DNA from: Lama glama | Lineage: Eukaryota | Length of the DNA: 64,000 bases | Assembly (NCBI GenBank): GCA_028534125.1 | Contig: CM052818.1 | Span: forward strand, 27,220,001-27,284,000 | Direction of reading: 5' to 3' | Shown here: one piece after another, positions 48,783 to 62,946 of the stretch | Numbering within the stretch: the stretch's first letter is position 1 | Layout: every line of letters begins with the position of its first letter | Notes under the pieces: generated by a model | What the model was told of the DNA's origin: nothing | Database searches by the model: none | Seen by the model: the letters and a program-made list of their open reading frames with translations, nothing else | Made by a program: the position numbers and the translations under genes

Positions 48783-51700
48783 AAATGACTTGGTTTACGG
48801 ACAGATACAGTGGCTTATCTATTCGAGGTTCTAAATAATAAATTGATACAGTTGCTGTAGTCTTCGGGGGAAACAACACAGTCTAATTGAGAGTTCATAC
48901 AAAAGCATTTTAGGTGCTCAGGTTGAAGAGGGGGTGTAGAAATAGAGGCAGGAAATATCCAACTGCAAGTGATCCAAATGCTCTGCGTGTGGCTCTGGAG
49001 TGCGCTGTGCCACTGCATTCCTGTCTGTGGTGTTTATTGCGCCCCCTGGTTACTTATGCTGACAGTGACCTTCATTTTATTCACTACCTAGTAGTAATCA
49101 TAACTTCCACTTATTGACTGCCTACTAGGTCACTGGGCACAGCGCTAACCAGCATTTTCCACGAGTCAATTCCACGTGCTCTCTGCAGCCCAACGGAACA
49201 GGGTGTTATTTCAATGCCACAGAAAACCGAGCTCCAGGGAGAATAAGTAACCTGCCCAAAATGTACGGCGAGGAAGTGGCAGGACCAGGACGGGAACCCC
49301 ACGCACAGGCCCCACACACCTTCCGCCTGCTGGGCCCCAGGGGTTTCACCTCAGGGGAGGGCCGCTCTCCTGGGCAGGGGTCTGCGCCACACACACAAGA
49401 GGGCTTCTTGCTCACTGACTCTGGAGAACGGGCCCTCAGGTTTCCTACCCCTCACATGTGCTGGGGCTCAAGGTCTCTGCCTTCAAAGGGAAATTACCCT
49501 CCAGCTGACTGCATCAGACACCTGCCCAGTCCCATCACGGAACGAAGACAGCGAAGTGGTTACTGAGGACTCCTGCTCCTTCTGAGGCAAATTTCTACTT
49601 AACATTCCCCCCTCCCTCCCTCAGAGGAAGAGGATTAGAGGAGACTGTTCCAAGGAAAGCATGAGGTATGACACTAATATAATAGGGTTTATTTTTAAAT
49701 CCAACACATCAGGAGTTACATATCCAAACAAATGTGACCCCCTCTGGGCAGTCACTGTCGAGGGCTATAAACGTACTCCAGCGATACTGCCCTGGCTTCA
49801 TACCGCTCTGGAACTTTCCTTCTGCACTGGCATTCAGAGCCAAATTTTGAAACACGCCAAGGAAGAGGGTTACTATTTTATGGCTGCTCCTTGGTTTAGA
49901 TCAGCTTGAAATGACCTTTGGCCCCTGTCAGGAACGAAGTCCCTCCTGGAAAGGATGGAGGGTGCCGCCGTGATCATTATCAGCACTGTGTCAGGAGCTC
50001 TGGGAGCCTCGGGCAGGCGGCTTATCTTTCCGGATGCAAACAGAAGCAACACCGTCTTGCTGCCCATTTGACTACGATAAAAATACGTGCTCTCTCTCTC
50101 TCAGTGGCACAGTTTGGAAAATTTGGCGTGTGTTTTATTTTCCCTTTTCCTTGATTCTGGTTGATAGGAAAGGGCTGAGGAAGAAGTGGTGAGGCCTGGT
50201 GATGTTAACTCCTTCAGAGCTGACCCCTCCACTGTCTGAACTTCGCATCTTACTTCTTTTTAAGATAAGAAACGGCTTACTGGGCTTTTCAAGGTTGGAC
50301 TTTGCTTTTACCCTTGAGCTACTTTACTAATTACACCATAAAGCCAATTAACAGCTGGGGAAAACTTAGATGCTAGAATTGTGTTTTCTTCCTCTATCAA
50401 GAGCCAGTTCAGTATTCTAGGAGTCACTGATGTCATAGCTCAGGACTTGCTCTGGATCTGACCATGATGAAAAGAAAGCATTTATAGATTCCCCACCCCT
50501 TCTCCTCGGTGAAAGGTTATGAAAACTAAAATCCACCAGAACCTATACTATGGTTGGACTTTTCCATCTCTGTCAGGAGGCAACCTTCCTGTACAGATAC
50601 TTCAGGTTCTAAATCTGGCTGTGGTGGCCATGAAGTCAGAGCCCTGGTGTGGGAGTAACTTCCTGGGAGGAAGTCAGGCAGCTTTAGAAATTGCATCAGT
50701 TCTTTCAAATCTCCAGCGAACTATTTAGAGACCTGAAAAGTAATTTACTCTGGCATCCTCGTGGCCAAGAAACTAAATGCAGCATTATGTCTCAAAATCC
50801 CACTGCAAAATAACCCAGTGCAGTCGTGCAGTGGGTGCAGAGAGCACCGTTCTGAACGTCGGGGTGCAGTGGTGCACGAGGCAGGTGGGTCTCTGCCCTC
50901 GGGGAGACACTCCCAGATCCAGAGGGTCTCATCAGTTTTGTGTGGTTCCAGAGCCAAACAGATGGGCCAAATGATCTGACAAAACTGTGCAAACTGCAGG
51001 CCCCTCAAATCTTTTCCTTAAGTCTGAGAGATTGAAAGCAATCCTTAGTGCAATCCCTTCAGCAGGTGGGGCACAGGTACCAGGTACGCTACGGGTAACG
51101 TGAGACTGAGCGAGAGGGCGGAAAAGGCAGCCAAGCACTTCCGACATGGCTGACTTGGAAATAGCCAGGCAGGACTTTTTAGCATTCTGGCTTCTGGATT
51201 CAACAACGCATTACAAACATGCTCTGTCATCTTGTGCTTTCCTCTCTCTTAGCTGACAAGACACTGCAACCCCTGGCCTTTGATACCCCCATCATTTTTA
51301 TATCTCAGGTTGGGCACATGCTGGGCACAAGCTCCACATCTGGGGAACAATGGTAGGTGGGTGCCTCCTGTTTGAGAACCAGCTTTACTTTCTTTATGTA
51401 AAGTGGAGACAAACCACAACAAAGGAATCTGAGCAAATCACGAGCAGGTCACTAACAAGGGCACAGAAGGTGATGACTGACTACGCTGGCTCGCCGGCCG
51501 CTCAGACTGTAGGAGGGCAGAGAAGCAGATCAAATGAAGAAGTCGTACTAAAAACAGACGCCGGCGGCCTAGGCAATTTCAATGAGGCTGAGATCTAACA
51601 CAGAGTAATTCTGTCAGCACACAATGAAAGGTTTTTGGCTAAAAATGCAAAAAATACTAACTTACCTCAAAACCTGAGTTCTTTATCTTAACAACTTTTA

Positions 51701-53679
51701 GCTTCTAATAAATAAAACATCTGCTTTTAATTCACTTGTATAAAAAGAAAAAACTGAGACAAATGTTGCCATGTAGGCTGATTCCTACCTCCACGTAATG
51801 TCTTATCTTAACCACTGTGAAGGCAGATCTGACCAGTTTTAAGACCTTTCTTGGAAGTCCCATTTTTGCTTTATTTTTATTCTTTACTGTTTCTTGGGAT
51901 TGAAGTCAAGGTCTGTTTATAAAGGCCAAAGGAGCCACTTAGATTTCTTGAACCTATTGGAAAGGACAGATGATGGCACAGGGTTGCCAGTTAACGGAGA
52001 TTATAAATGTTCCTGAGTTCCACCACGAGAAATCTCACCTAACTGGCAAACACAATGACTTCTGGCTGATATCCACTACATGCAAAGAGGACAGAATTTC
52101 TCAGAACAGAACTTACTAATTCTTATATTAAGCATCTATTATGGGCTAATCAAGCACCTCATAGAAGTTCAAGGCAACATTTCATTTTCAACTTTAAGTA
52201 AAGACTCCTTTCATGCAGTTTATAATCCAAGGTGCACATACGCACACATGGAGATGATATACATCCAGAAATCAGTTTAAAAATATATAAAGGCAGGCAG
52301 GAGCAGTGAAAGTCACAGTGGCCCCCCAAAAAAGGGAAATATAAAATTTCCTTTAGAACTTAAAGGAAACTACCTACATAAGAGTCAAGAGTATACAGTC
52401 TTGTTAAGAAAACTCTGAGGTGGAAGCCACTTGCCAGAGCGGCCGGTTTCTGCACCTACAGGAGACGGTCCATCCTGTCACAGCCCGAGCGCTGTCAGGA
52501 AGACACCGCCAGCAGCCTCCGGGAGGGTCTGACTCGCGGTCTGATTACACTTCCTCGCGGAAGTCTAATCCTTCTGTGGGGTCCTTCCACCGCTCACTAG
52601 AGGGTACGCAGTCAGCACGGGCCTCCTAGGCAGAAATAAGAGGCAAAAGCCACCTGCTACCCACCCCCCCGGCAATACCGGCGCCAGGCTCCCTTCTGGG
52701 CAGCAAATGTCTTTCAAGTCAGAATGTGGGGTCAGAGCCCAGGTAAAGACGAGGCCACTGAGAGGTCTTCCCCAAGTTAACTAGAACAACTTGAATTTCT
52801 GTTTACACAGCCAGGGGCCTGGAAAGGATACCGAAGTGAGAAGAGAAAGCTGCTTATGGAACAAGCAAGATGAGGCGCTTCCTAGGGCGGAGGGTAAGAC
52901 CTAAACAAACTGAAATCAAGCCCTGTTTATTTTGGTTGCAACAACTTTAGTCCAGTTCCAAAGTTAGTACAGTGCATGACAACCAGAATGTTTGCAGCCT
53001 TACACCCTCCAAACAATACACAGAAAAGCACCCCGCTTCCCTTCTCTTTCAGGTTAAATCACTCAGCGCTGATGGCGGCCACCTGGGCGGCCGCGGGAGC
53101 TGGAGCCCTGGGGGATGTGCGGGAAGCCCTCCAGGTCTCCTCCCGCCGGGAGCACGCCCCGCTCACGTGTGCCACGCACTGCTTCCAGGAGTCACAGCGG
53201 ACTCCGCACGGGTCCACGGACTCCTCAAACAGGACCAGCCTCTCAAAGCAAACGAGAGAAGAGAAGAGCTCTGTGCTCTCTCCCACGGTGACGTCCAGAG
53301 GCAGGAAAGGACAGTGACACTCTGAGGCGGGGGCCAGGCACAGCCACAATACGGCCGCACTCCGAACCCTCAGACAGCACGCGTCTCCACCTGGGTCACA
53401 GCGAGGTGCTGACGTCGTCCTGGGCTATTCAAGCTGAGAGTGTGAAGACTGACGTGCACCACCCAAGCATTTCCTCAAATACTCTCGTCCTTCAGAACTC
53501 GTCACTGGGACGTGATACCCCAGGCTTTCTCTTACAGAAAGGCAGGTGCACATTTAAAGGGGGACACCAGAACCCATGTGATGCATGTTCCTCAGGTCAG
53601 GTGTCCTCATGTTAGAAGAGCTGTGACCGAATCAGCCAATATACATTCACGCCCTGTTGACTGTTTGGACAAGCTTTCA

Positions 53680-53830
53680 CGTGTGCATTAATGTCACTTA
53701 GTTTTCCCAGCTCTGTAGTGAAGCCTGGGACCATATTTTATTCCCATCTTACAGATGAGGAAACTGAGCTAGGGTTCCATCCTATCACCTAGACATACAG
53801 CTAGCATGTGCCAGCGATGGGGCCATAAAG
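53680..53830 (-). mobile_element. MIR SINE fragment
   Basis: attcccatcttacagatgaggaaactgag core. Confidence 0.72.
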
Positions 53831-54538
53831 TACTCCTTGGCTCCAAAGTATGTTCTTGTTCCAATAAACAAAAGTTTTTAATTTTAGGAAAACACACTGG
53901 AGAAACAGCTGTGAAAAATGTTCCCATGAAGATGCCAGCATCATAACGTGATGGCTTAAAAATGGACCACATTTAGTTCCGTGGGTTGTACATCTTAGAG
54001 ATGCTGAATTAAATATTTACTGTTTGATTCCTGGGCTGAGTTAAATACACAAAGATCAACAGATGTTCCAAAGAGACACTATTTGTATTTATCTCTAAGA
54101 AAAGATACCTCAACAAATAAACATAAATCTAAGCAAAAATGAATGCTGTATGACAGACTGACTTCATATAAACTGTGGCATTGTCCCTACTAAGGAGAAG
54201 TATTATTAATCATTTACTAGTTGAAGATCACTATGGAGAGGAAATATAATTACTCCATCACAATTGAGTGCCAAGCCGGCCGGACTCCACATGAAAGCTC
54301 CACCTCAAGTATTCATATAAGATACATATAAATGTATAAAATAGCTAACCTCTAATTAGACAGAAGTACAACTTACAAGAAAATCATTTTTTCATGTACC
54401 ATCTATCACAGAACTCATTTTCACAGATCCTTAAAGATACGAGATACTTAGACACTTAAAAGATACCAGATATGACTTGAAGACGTAATCAGAGTAGCAC
54501 AACTTTGTTCATATCAAGTTATGAATATATGTGCGTAA

Positions 54539-54556
54539 ACACACACACACACACAC
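54539..54556. repeat. (AC)9 microsatellite
   Basis: Directly visible. Confidence 0.9.
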
Positions 54557-57500
54557 AAAGCACAAACAACTGTCATCCAGAAGCAACTAACCTCTGACAG
54601 AAGCTTAAATGAGAAAGATGCACCGACTCAGCGATTTCCAGCCAACAAATATGACTCTAAAAATCTCATGCCCAGTATTTTCTAAAATAACACATGGTTA
54701 AAAATAAATAAAAATACTTGCCAAATTGTAAGTTTCAAAACAATAGTCTATGCACCAAGTCATACTTACGACTTGGCCAACACAAGAGCTCCTTACTCAA
54801 GAACAGCCCTGTTCAGTGAGGCTGGCTTCATCAGGGGACATCTGAGCATCCAAATCTCCAATGTCAACAGGTATGACGTAGCTGCAACACGGGCTTGAAG
54901 ATCCCATATGTTAAAAATTGAGAAAGAGCTTTATGATCAGTGTAGTGCTCTTTCTTTACAATTTTTTCATAACATAATATAAATGTAATATACTCATACT
55001 ACGTACGAATAGAACACTCAGGAATGGCTGCACCCTTAGACAAGGGGACGTTCTGCTGGGATGCTGTCAGAAGCTGCTGGAGTCAAGCCCTTGGCAGCAG
55101 CATCACCACCACGAACATCAGAGCAAGAGAGATGTGGGCAGGACAGGCATCCCCACGGGAACAGGCAGTCGTGTGGTGTAAGGGCTGCTGGTTTAAGAGT
55201 TGTGGACTGAAGAGCTCACTGAAGCACTGAAATAATTTTTGCTCCAGAAAGGTTCTCGGAATGGCAAGTAGCACGTGGTCAGTGATGAGGCCACAGACGC
55301 GACCTTGCACAGTAAAGGCACCTGTTATTTCTAAGGAACCACACACCCAATCTGCCATCACACATCACAATTCGCACCAGGCCTTTTATCCCTGCACTGA
55401 TTTATGCTCAAGTCATCTTGTGATGCTCGTTCCCCATTCTTTAAGCCATCAGTACAGTCAAAAAGCCTATGAAAATAAAATCTAAGTTTGTGTGTATTTG
55501 TGTAGGAAGCCAGAATATAAAAAGTTAGCGAGTCAGATGATGTTCCATTAACGTGATTGGGTAATTACTGCTTAGTTTCTTTCCAGTACAAGGATGAATT
55601 CCCTAATGATGGGTATTATAAGTAATTAGACAAAGCTGTTCACTTCTCAAAATTAATCATCAATCGTATTAATTATGTCTGTATTACACATTCTATTAAA
55701 TTAGCACACATAATATGAGGCCTTCACACATCAGAACAGAAGCATTATCTTTGCACTTTAGTGACTTGATAATTTATCTAAAAGGAACACAAACAGACGT
55801 AATTACACTACTTTTAGTAGGATCACCCATTTTCAATCCTCCTGTGGTAAGTAAAAAGGCTACTTTACAAGGTGAAAGCAAGCATGCTTTTGTTTAGGGG
55901 TTTTATCCTGAAAACATGAAGTCAGATTAAAGGCAAGGTTTGAGGTTTCCAGAGATCTGTACTGGACTGACGAGGGAGAACATTCACCCAGGGAGGACAC
56001 CTGCAGCCACAGCGAGGTCAGCACGCAGGCTGGGGGAGGCCACACGTGATCCTGGGAACAGATCACCTGGGCAAAGAAGGAGCTGGGTTCAACCTGAGAA
56101 AGCCTGAAACAGGACAGAGTGAAAGCACTGGTCCCCGGGACATGAGAAACAATCGGATGTTCATTCACCACGCGCAGAATGATGGTCCTCCCATCTTCTT
56201 CTTTTGCTGGGTGAGCTGGACGGGGAGGCAGGCACTGCCGCCGGGGCACAGCTGGTAACTGTACTAGTGCCGCCCAGGCTTGGTGCCCTTACAGGGGGAC
56301 TGCACAGACGGGCGGCTGATAAGACAGTAAGCTGGAGAGACCAGGGGAGCAAACTCGAGGGTCAGAAAATCCCCCGTCACGCCATGAACTGAACCTGACT
56401 TCACATGCTCGGACCTAAGCTGGGAGGAAGGGTGAAGGCCCATCTGACAAGGCTGTGTGCAAAGAAGTATGATGCAGAGAGAGCGTCCTAATGGCTAGTT
56501 CAGTGATCAAACATGTATGAGGCATGAAGGTGAATGAGAGAATGACAGCACACAGTATTGCTCATCAAGTGTGAAGACGCCCCAATATGTTCCCCTGAAG
56601 ATGTGTCACAGGTTTATGTGATACAGTTACACCTGCATCAGTGGTGGGGGGGGGGTAGTTGTGGGGAAGATAGAACAGAAACAGAATTTCTACTATATCA
56701 TTATGAGGTTATATGAACCACAAATTCATGAAAGTGCTTACAATCTAACTTGAAATCAAAATCACAAACTGGGGCCACAGTCGTGTTTCTGTCCCCACAC
56801 TACAGAACGCATAGTCAGTGTGACGCAGGAGCTAGAACAGGAAAGTATGAAGGCCAAAGAAAAAAGAATATAAAAAAGACAAAGAACACAGAATACTAAT
56901 GCTGTGCAAGTTTGCTTTTCATAATTTTGAATTTCTTAAATTCGTCTCTTGAGAAAGAGAAGCAATTTACTATTATCACATAGAAACAAACTTACTAGTT
57001 GAATAATTTACTAATCACACATTTACCAATTAAGCAGCAACACACAACAGGAACTTTCTCATCTTAAAAAAAAAAAAATCTGAGGGTTTTCAACACATGA
57101 GAGATTTCACTCTGGGTTTTTCCTCTGAAGGTAAAACAGAATTCTCCAGCCTCCTGGACCCTGGTTTCCCAGTGTGAGCCAAGGGTCCCTGGCTGATTCA
57201 CAAACTGCTTCTTTATGAAGTTTAGATATTTGAATATGGTGGGCCTGGCTGTACACTCCCACCTCCCTCAGACCCCAGCCTGAAACAGCGGCCTGGTCAC
57301 ACCTCTCATTCAGATCTCACCAAAACCTGTGCCATTTTCCAAATGAATGTTGGTCAGGTCTCTGAGAAGATATGCAGCCATAAACTGGATATGAGCCTTG
57401 ATATATTTTTGGCTCCACTCAGGCGCTACAAAGCTTCTGGGTGTTACTGCGAACCCAAAGTCCCAGTCACTAAAGATGGGGCAAACATTTGCTTGGGACA

Positions 57501-58702
57501 CTCTCGATCTAAAGTCATTGTTCCACCATAATTAACAGCCCCCATTTCACTCATAAAAGCAAAGTTTAAAGAATAAATTGGATAGACGGTCACCCTATGA
57601 AGAGAAGAGAATCTATCTTTCACACATAATTTTTAACACTCCCTGACCACTACTGAGAAAATCAAGCTCTGTAAAACTCCTGAGACCAGAAATTGTGTTT
57701 TAAAAGTATCTTCCATCTTTTGTATGTCAGTGTACCGAATGAGTGTTCAGAGTCAGTGGCCCTAACGGTCAGAGGTCACTGTCAAGGACGGGGAGCGGTC
57801 CTGATGCAGTGACTCACATCTAGAAAGCATGCAAAAATCTTTCACCATAAATGCACGATGCCTGCCATTAATACAGCTTGGTTAATTTTTCACCTGCTAA
57901 CTCTCATTCCAGGTTTCCTACTGGACCGAGACATGTCATTGTCTTTCACTTGACTGTATGAGCTTTACTTGAGGCAAAAGCAATCAGAGAGTGAGAGCCT
58001 TGGGAGCAGGGATGGTGCCTTTATTAGAGCTGCCAGCTGCCTGAGCCTCACCTTCTAGACTCCAGAACAGCATCTGGCTTGTGATCACAGGCATGGTTTC
58101 GATCTAGACGTCAGGGGCCAATATACATATGTCCTCTGCTCACAAGCTGTACCCTCCCGTGGGTCACATGAAGGAGAGGGCTGTCAGTTACTCAGCTCTC
58201 ACTCTGTGTCCCTAAACCCTCAACATGGACAATCACATGGTTTAAACAGAATCAATTCAGTGTCAGCAGACAGAGGAATAACTGGGAGATTAAATTAGTT
58301 CTTGGTATTTAGCTGATGTCAAGGTGGAGGGGAGCTTTAGGCACGAAATGTACTCTGATATGGGACATGGTGTTTCTACGTGGACAAACAGTCCACTGTC
58401 CATAACAGGGTGAAGGAAGAGATCTAATACTGAAAATCCTGAAATGGCAAAGAAGCCCCACAGAACGTGACTGCACCATAACATCACAACACCCTGACAG
58501 GGCACTGCTGTACTCTTAGTATGCTTATCTCGGGAACCCATCTTCCACATTTTCCCTCTGCCTGACGTGACTGCCCTGGGTCTGTGTGGTGTGTCAACCA
58601 GAAAAGCAGATTTCAGAGACAGGAACTGATCTAGGCAAGGGGCTGTCAGCGTAGATCTGGTGGTCCCTGGGAGAGAGGAAGGACTTTTGTTCTCAGTCTT
58701 AC

Positions 58703-58924
58703 CTATGCAGTAGGGACAACACTGGCCTTTTCTCAGCACGGGTCTTTCACAGGACACTGAAGGGCAGGCCTCGGAGTAGCAGCTGATTACACTCTCCATG
58801 CACACGCAGCTGGTACACACGTCCGGCTTCCAGGACTCAGCAGCCAGGAATATCTCCCCTTCATCGTTTTTGCAGTAACTAGGCGCGCTCTCGTTATGGG
58901 ATGAGGAAGGCTGGACAGGTTCAT
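58703..58924 (-). CDS. CRIM1: CRIM1 VWC exon (222 nt): DEPVQPSSSHNESAPSYCKNDEGEIFLAAESWKPDVCTSCVCMESVISCYSEACPSVSCERPVLRKGQCCPYCI
   Basis: VWC cysteine pattern and an NES sequon. Acceptor gtttttccag and donor gtaaga on -. Confidence 0.97.
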
Positions 58925-59279
58925 CTGGAAAAACGAACAGAAGGTCAGGGAGAAGAAGCTGCTGGAGGCCACCCACCGGGGAACACAGGGAGTTCCGCTC
59001 TGTCTCTTGCGAAGTGCTCTCAGGCTCCGTGGCTTTGTGGGCCTCCTGAAAACCGACTCCGTCATGAAACAGCACGTCTGACTTGGACAGGGTCTAAAAT
59101 CATAAAGCAAAACAACCAAGACCACAGAAGAACTGTTGCAGGGATTCTGTGAGCGCTTTGCACAACATTCACTCTACCTTTCTTCCTTAGCTTTACAAAA
59201 TCCTGATTTTGGGGTGGGTAGGAGGGTTATGGGGGGGTGGCTGAGGACCTGGATCACAAGGGGGATATGTCAAACAGGA

Positions 59280-59640
59280 CAGCCCTGCCCCCTGCCTCTC
59301 CAGTCTCCTGCACAACTAGGGGTGGCCATGTCACCGAGCTGTGGTTAATGGAATTTATTGGCTAAGGAAGGGAAAGCTTTCATTTTCCTAAAAGAGCGGC
59401 AGATGGGAAGCTACCACCATCTTTCCACATTCTTCCTGCCTTGAATGTGAGAGTGCTGCTTGGAGCTATAATATCCTTATCATACCTGTGAGAGAGAGGC
59501 CTTGACATGACCAAGACGCTAAATCAGCATGACTGAATCTGTCTCCAAGCTTCTTATAATGCATATAAAAAATAACCTCTGTTTATAAACTGTAGCTGAG
59601 TTTTCTCCTATTTGCAGCCACGTGCAGTCCTAACCAACCA
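59280..59640 (+). mobile_element. Old ERVL/MaLR-type solo LTR (LTR16/LTR33/MLT1J-like)
   Basis: ttcttcctgccttgaatgtg...tggagct and the terminal tttgcagcc...cctaacc. Subfamily uncertain. Confidence 0.55.
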
Positions 59641-62600
59641 GTACCCAAAAAGATTTTCACTGCACCTATCAAAAGACACCTCTGTGCAACACTTCAATGG
59701 GCAGGCATTCACACTACTGTCTGAAAGAGGGTGAGAAGTGTAACTCACTCCCAGGGATGTGCCCACAGAGTAATTATCTGCACGTCTCCTGTGTGTTCTC
59801 TACCCGAAAACAGAACGTCACCAGAAAGCTCAGATTCCTCTTGGGGTCTCGGCATTCACTGAAATTACTTGAAAGCTGTAAGCTCAAGCAGAAAACTGAT
59901 GGGGATGTAACAAAGGAAAGTGAGAGTCCTAGTTTAGAGATGTCACAACTGCGCTGACGAGAGAGCTCTTCAACCACTTTTGAACTTGAATCTAGAAATA
60001 GCCATGATGGTCCCCCCAGCAAACCTCTAAGAGAACCACATTTCCTCACTGGATGCATGGTTAGAGGAATTATCACCTGCTCTTCTCAGAATCAACTTCA
60101 TGAATTCTGCTGTTCTATACACATGCAGTTATCACAGTGATGCAGAAGCTCTAAGTGTCACATTTTCCTCCCATCCACCTCATGAACACACCCTACAGCC
60201 AACACGCTGGAGCTGACAAGAAGAGTCTGAGAAACAAGGCAGCTGCTTTACTTTGGGCTCTGAGCCCAAAGCGTGTAATCCTATCTCCTATGAGCAGTCC
60301 CGAAGGCAGTGACAATTGGTTCCGTTGCTCCAAATGTGCTCTAGGTCCGATCCCAGGTAAGGTTCCAGAGATAACGGGATTACTTCCTCAGGGGCCTTTT
60401 CTGAGTCATCCAGGCCCAGGGATGATTTCTTTTTAAGCTATTGACGGATGTTAACTTTTGATCTGGCTGGAGATCAGGACAACTCCCTCCAGTCTACACT
60501 GGGCCCTGCAAATTGCCATGAGGTTTCTGGCGGTTATGACAGCTTAGCTCTTGCCAGCAACTCCAACCTCTGCTGCCTGAAAATTTAGAAGAGGAAGCAG
60601 GGACAGCAGCGGCCGAACCATGCAACAGCAGCTGAAACAAATATCCTGGAGTTTGGAGGCCTCTTAACGCGGCCTGGAGGGGACCCCAGAGGACATCGGA
60701 ATGTGCCAGCGGTGCTGGAGGGAGAGCTGAGGCTGAGATGCAGTCTGCAGGTCTTCACCCCCGGGGCAGGAAACTCCTAGCTGAACCCTGGCTGAAGACG
60801 TCATTTGGGAACCTTGCTCACAGTATCTTCCTCCTTTTGGCCTCTCTTCCCATTTTTTCCTGCCATTCTATGTACTTCTCACATTAACTCGCTTACTTTG
60901 ATTTTACCAGTTCTTTCACTGGTGTTCATTCGTTCTTTTTATTACTACTCCAGCCCCTTCTCTCTTCTATGCTATACTTCTTTCTAACTCTGAAAAACCA
61001 AAAATGAAAAAGAATTTAAAAAATGTGAACAGAGCAGCACTATTCTATCCCCTCTGCCTTTTTCACCTTGGTGAAGTACCATCACCTGCAGGGATGTTCA
61101 GTCTTTCTTCATGAACCCACTTCTGTGTCTAGACTCTGCCTTGCACCAGACCAGGACAGGACAGAGGGAAGGACAGGGCATCCTCGGAGATGCAATCGCC
61201 ACGAGCAGTGCAGCTCTTCTAGTTGTACATACACCTCATTTTGAGGCAGCTTTAGGATGCAAGTATCCTAAGATTAGAGGTGGTAATTTTCTAGATGTGA
61301 AATACACCATTTGTCAAAGCTGCTCTTGAAATTTACTGTGATGTGAAGAAATCAATGTTTTGAATTTTAAGACTTTTTATCTCTTTTTCACTGCAACACA
61401 ACTATGAATGGAAAGTTCTGAAAGATCAATAACGGGGTCAGTGACTGATTTTAAGATGCAAGAGCATTCCAGATACACCCTTATTCACAGATGTAAGTGT
61501 AACCCTTGGAATACTGATCTAGAAACAGTCCTAGCATTTAAGGCAATCACTGAAGTATCTCTCAAGTTATATGCAAAGAAAGGAAGAGCTGCCCAGGCAT
61601 AAATTTATAAAGGGGAAGTCAAAGCCAGGCACACAGGGGGAGCCTGAGCCCGTTTCCTGAGGGGAGGCCGCTGCCCTGCCCTGCCGGAACGGACAGGGCC
61701 TCTGCACATGCGCACTTGCCTTGAGACCCGGCTCTAAGAAACCAGGAGTCCCACTTCTGTTCTTTGTCTGGGCTGAACTTCTGAGTCCAGTCGGGTGTCC
61801 TACGAATGAATCTGGGCCAGTGGTCATGGAGTCCCTTCCCCTAAACCAATCCCTGTATCTGCCCTTGGATCCTGACACAAGGGGCACCAGAGGCACTTCC
61901 CACTTTAGTTAGAAGGTTCCTTCCTGGGTTGTTTATGCTCTGAATTCTCTCCCTTCCAGGCACTCCTCTGGCTGTGTGATGATTTACATAAACGTGGAGT
62001 GTTGGACTGTTCAGCTCTTCTTCTGGATTACTGTTCCACAGGATAGGAGTTGGGTCTGTTCTCATCAACCCCAGGATCCCCCTGGCTCAATACAGGCACT
62101 CCGTAAGTACTTGTAAAACGAATGTCTAAAATGGATATAAATTCATGATCACCGATGAAGAGACCACTCAAAGTGGTTTCTACCAGGAGGATGGGAATAG
62201 TCGTGGTTACATAGTAACAGGGGAACATCAAGAGGGTTTGTGTCTAAGTAAAAGAGTGATGATAAAAATATAGCAGGGACTAGCTTACCTCCTAACGACA
62301 TAATACATCTGAGCCATATCTCATACTGGAAAAGATGTTGCACCAATTAAGCCTGTCCAATTAACATGGCTGCAAATTACGCCAACGATTCTGTACTAAG
62401 ATGGTAATCTCTCAGCAGCAGCAAATAACGTGGCTATCCCTGCAGTCTCATCTGATGCAATTAAAAATATTATCAGTGTGAACCCATAAATTCTGGACAC
62501 TAACCACGCCAGTTCTGTGATGACAGAACAATAGATTCTGGCCAGCTGATTAGATAATCCAGTATAAAAAAGTAATAAAATACAAGGGTTTATGTTTTAC

Positions 62601-62896
62601 TGAGCAGAAATGCTCTAAGAATATACATTTAGAAGGTAAAAGATTACTGATTCAAGGTGAAAACATAGAAGACTGAGCAACAACAAAACTAGGGTGCTGC
62701 CAACTTGGTAACTGTATTTATACAAATTAAGCATCTTTTGGAAAAAAGTCATACATTCCCGTGTTAATCAGAATTGCTACTTTAGTTGCAAAATTAGCAA
62801 CTTATGTTTAAAAGCCTTGACAAAAATTCCTTGTATTTGTTTCATGACCATAAATTTACCTGCTAAGGCCAGATTATCTGAGGACTGAAAAAAACC

Positions 62897-62946
62897 AAAA
62901 GAAAAGAAAAGAAAAGAAAAGAAAAGAAAAGAAAAGAAAAGAAAAG
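62897..62946. repeat. (AAAAG)10 pentanucleotide repeat
   Basis: Directly visible. Confidence 0.95.

Noticed and set aside
58290..59075. 261-aa ORF as a separate gene
   Set aside because: It is the 222-nt CRIM1 VWC exon plus open intronic flanks; splice sites bound the conserved part.
62289..62325. 37-nt pseudo-exon on the CRIM1 strand (cttttccag...gag/gtaagc)
   Set aside because: Short pyrimidine tract, immediate stop and no other support; it shows how common such matches are.
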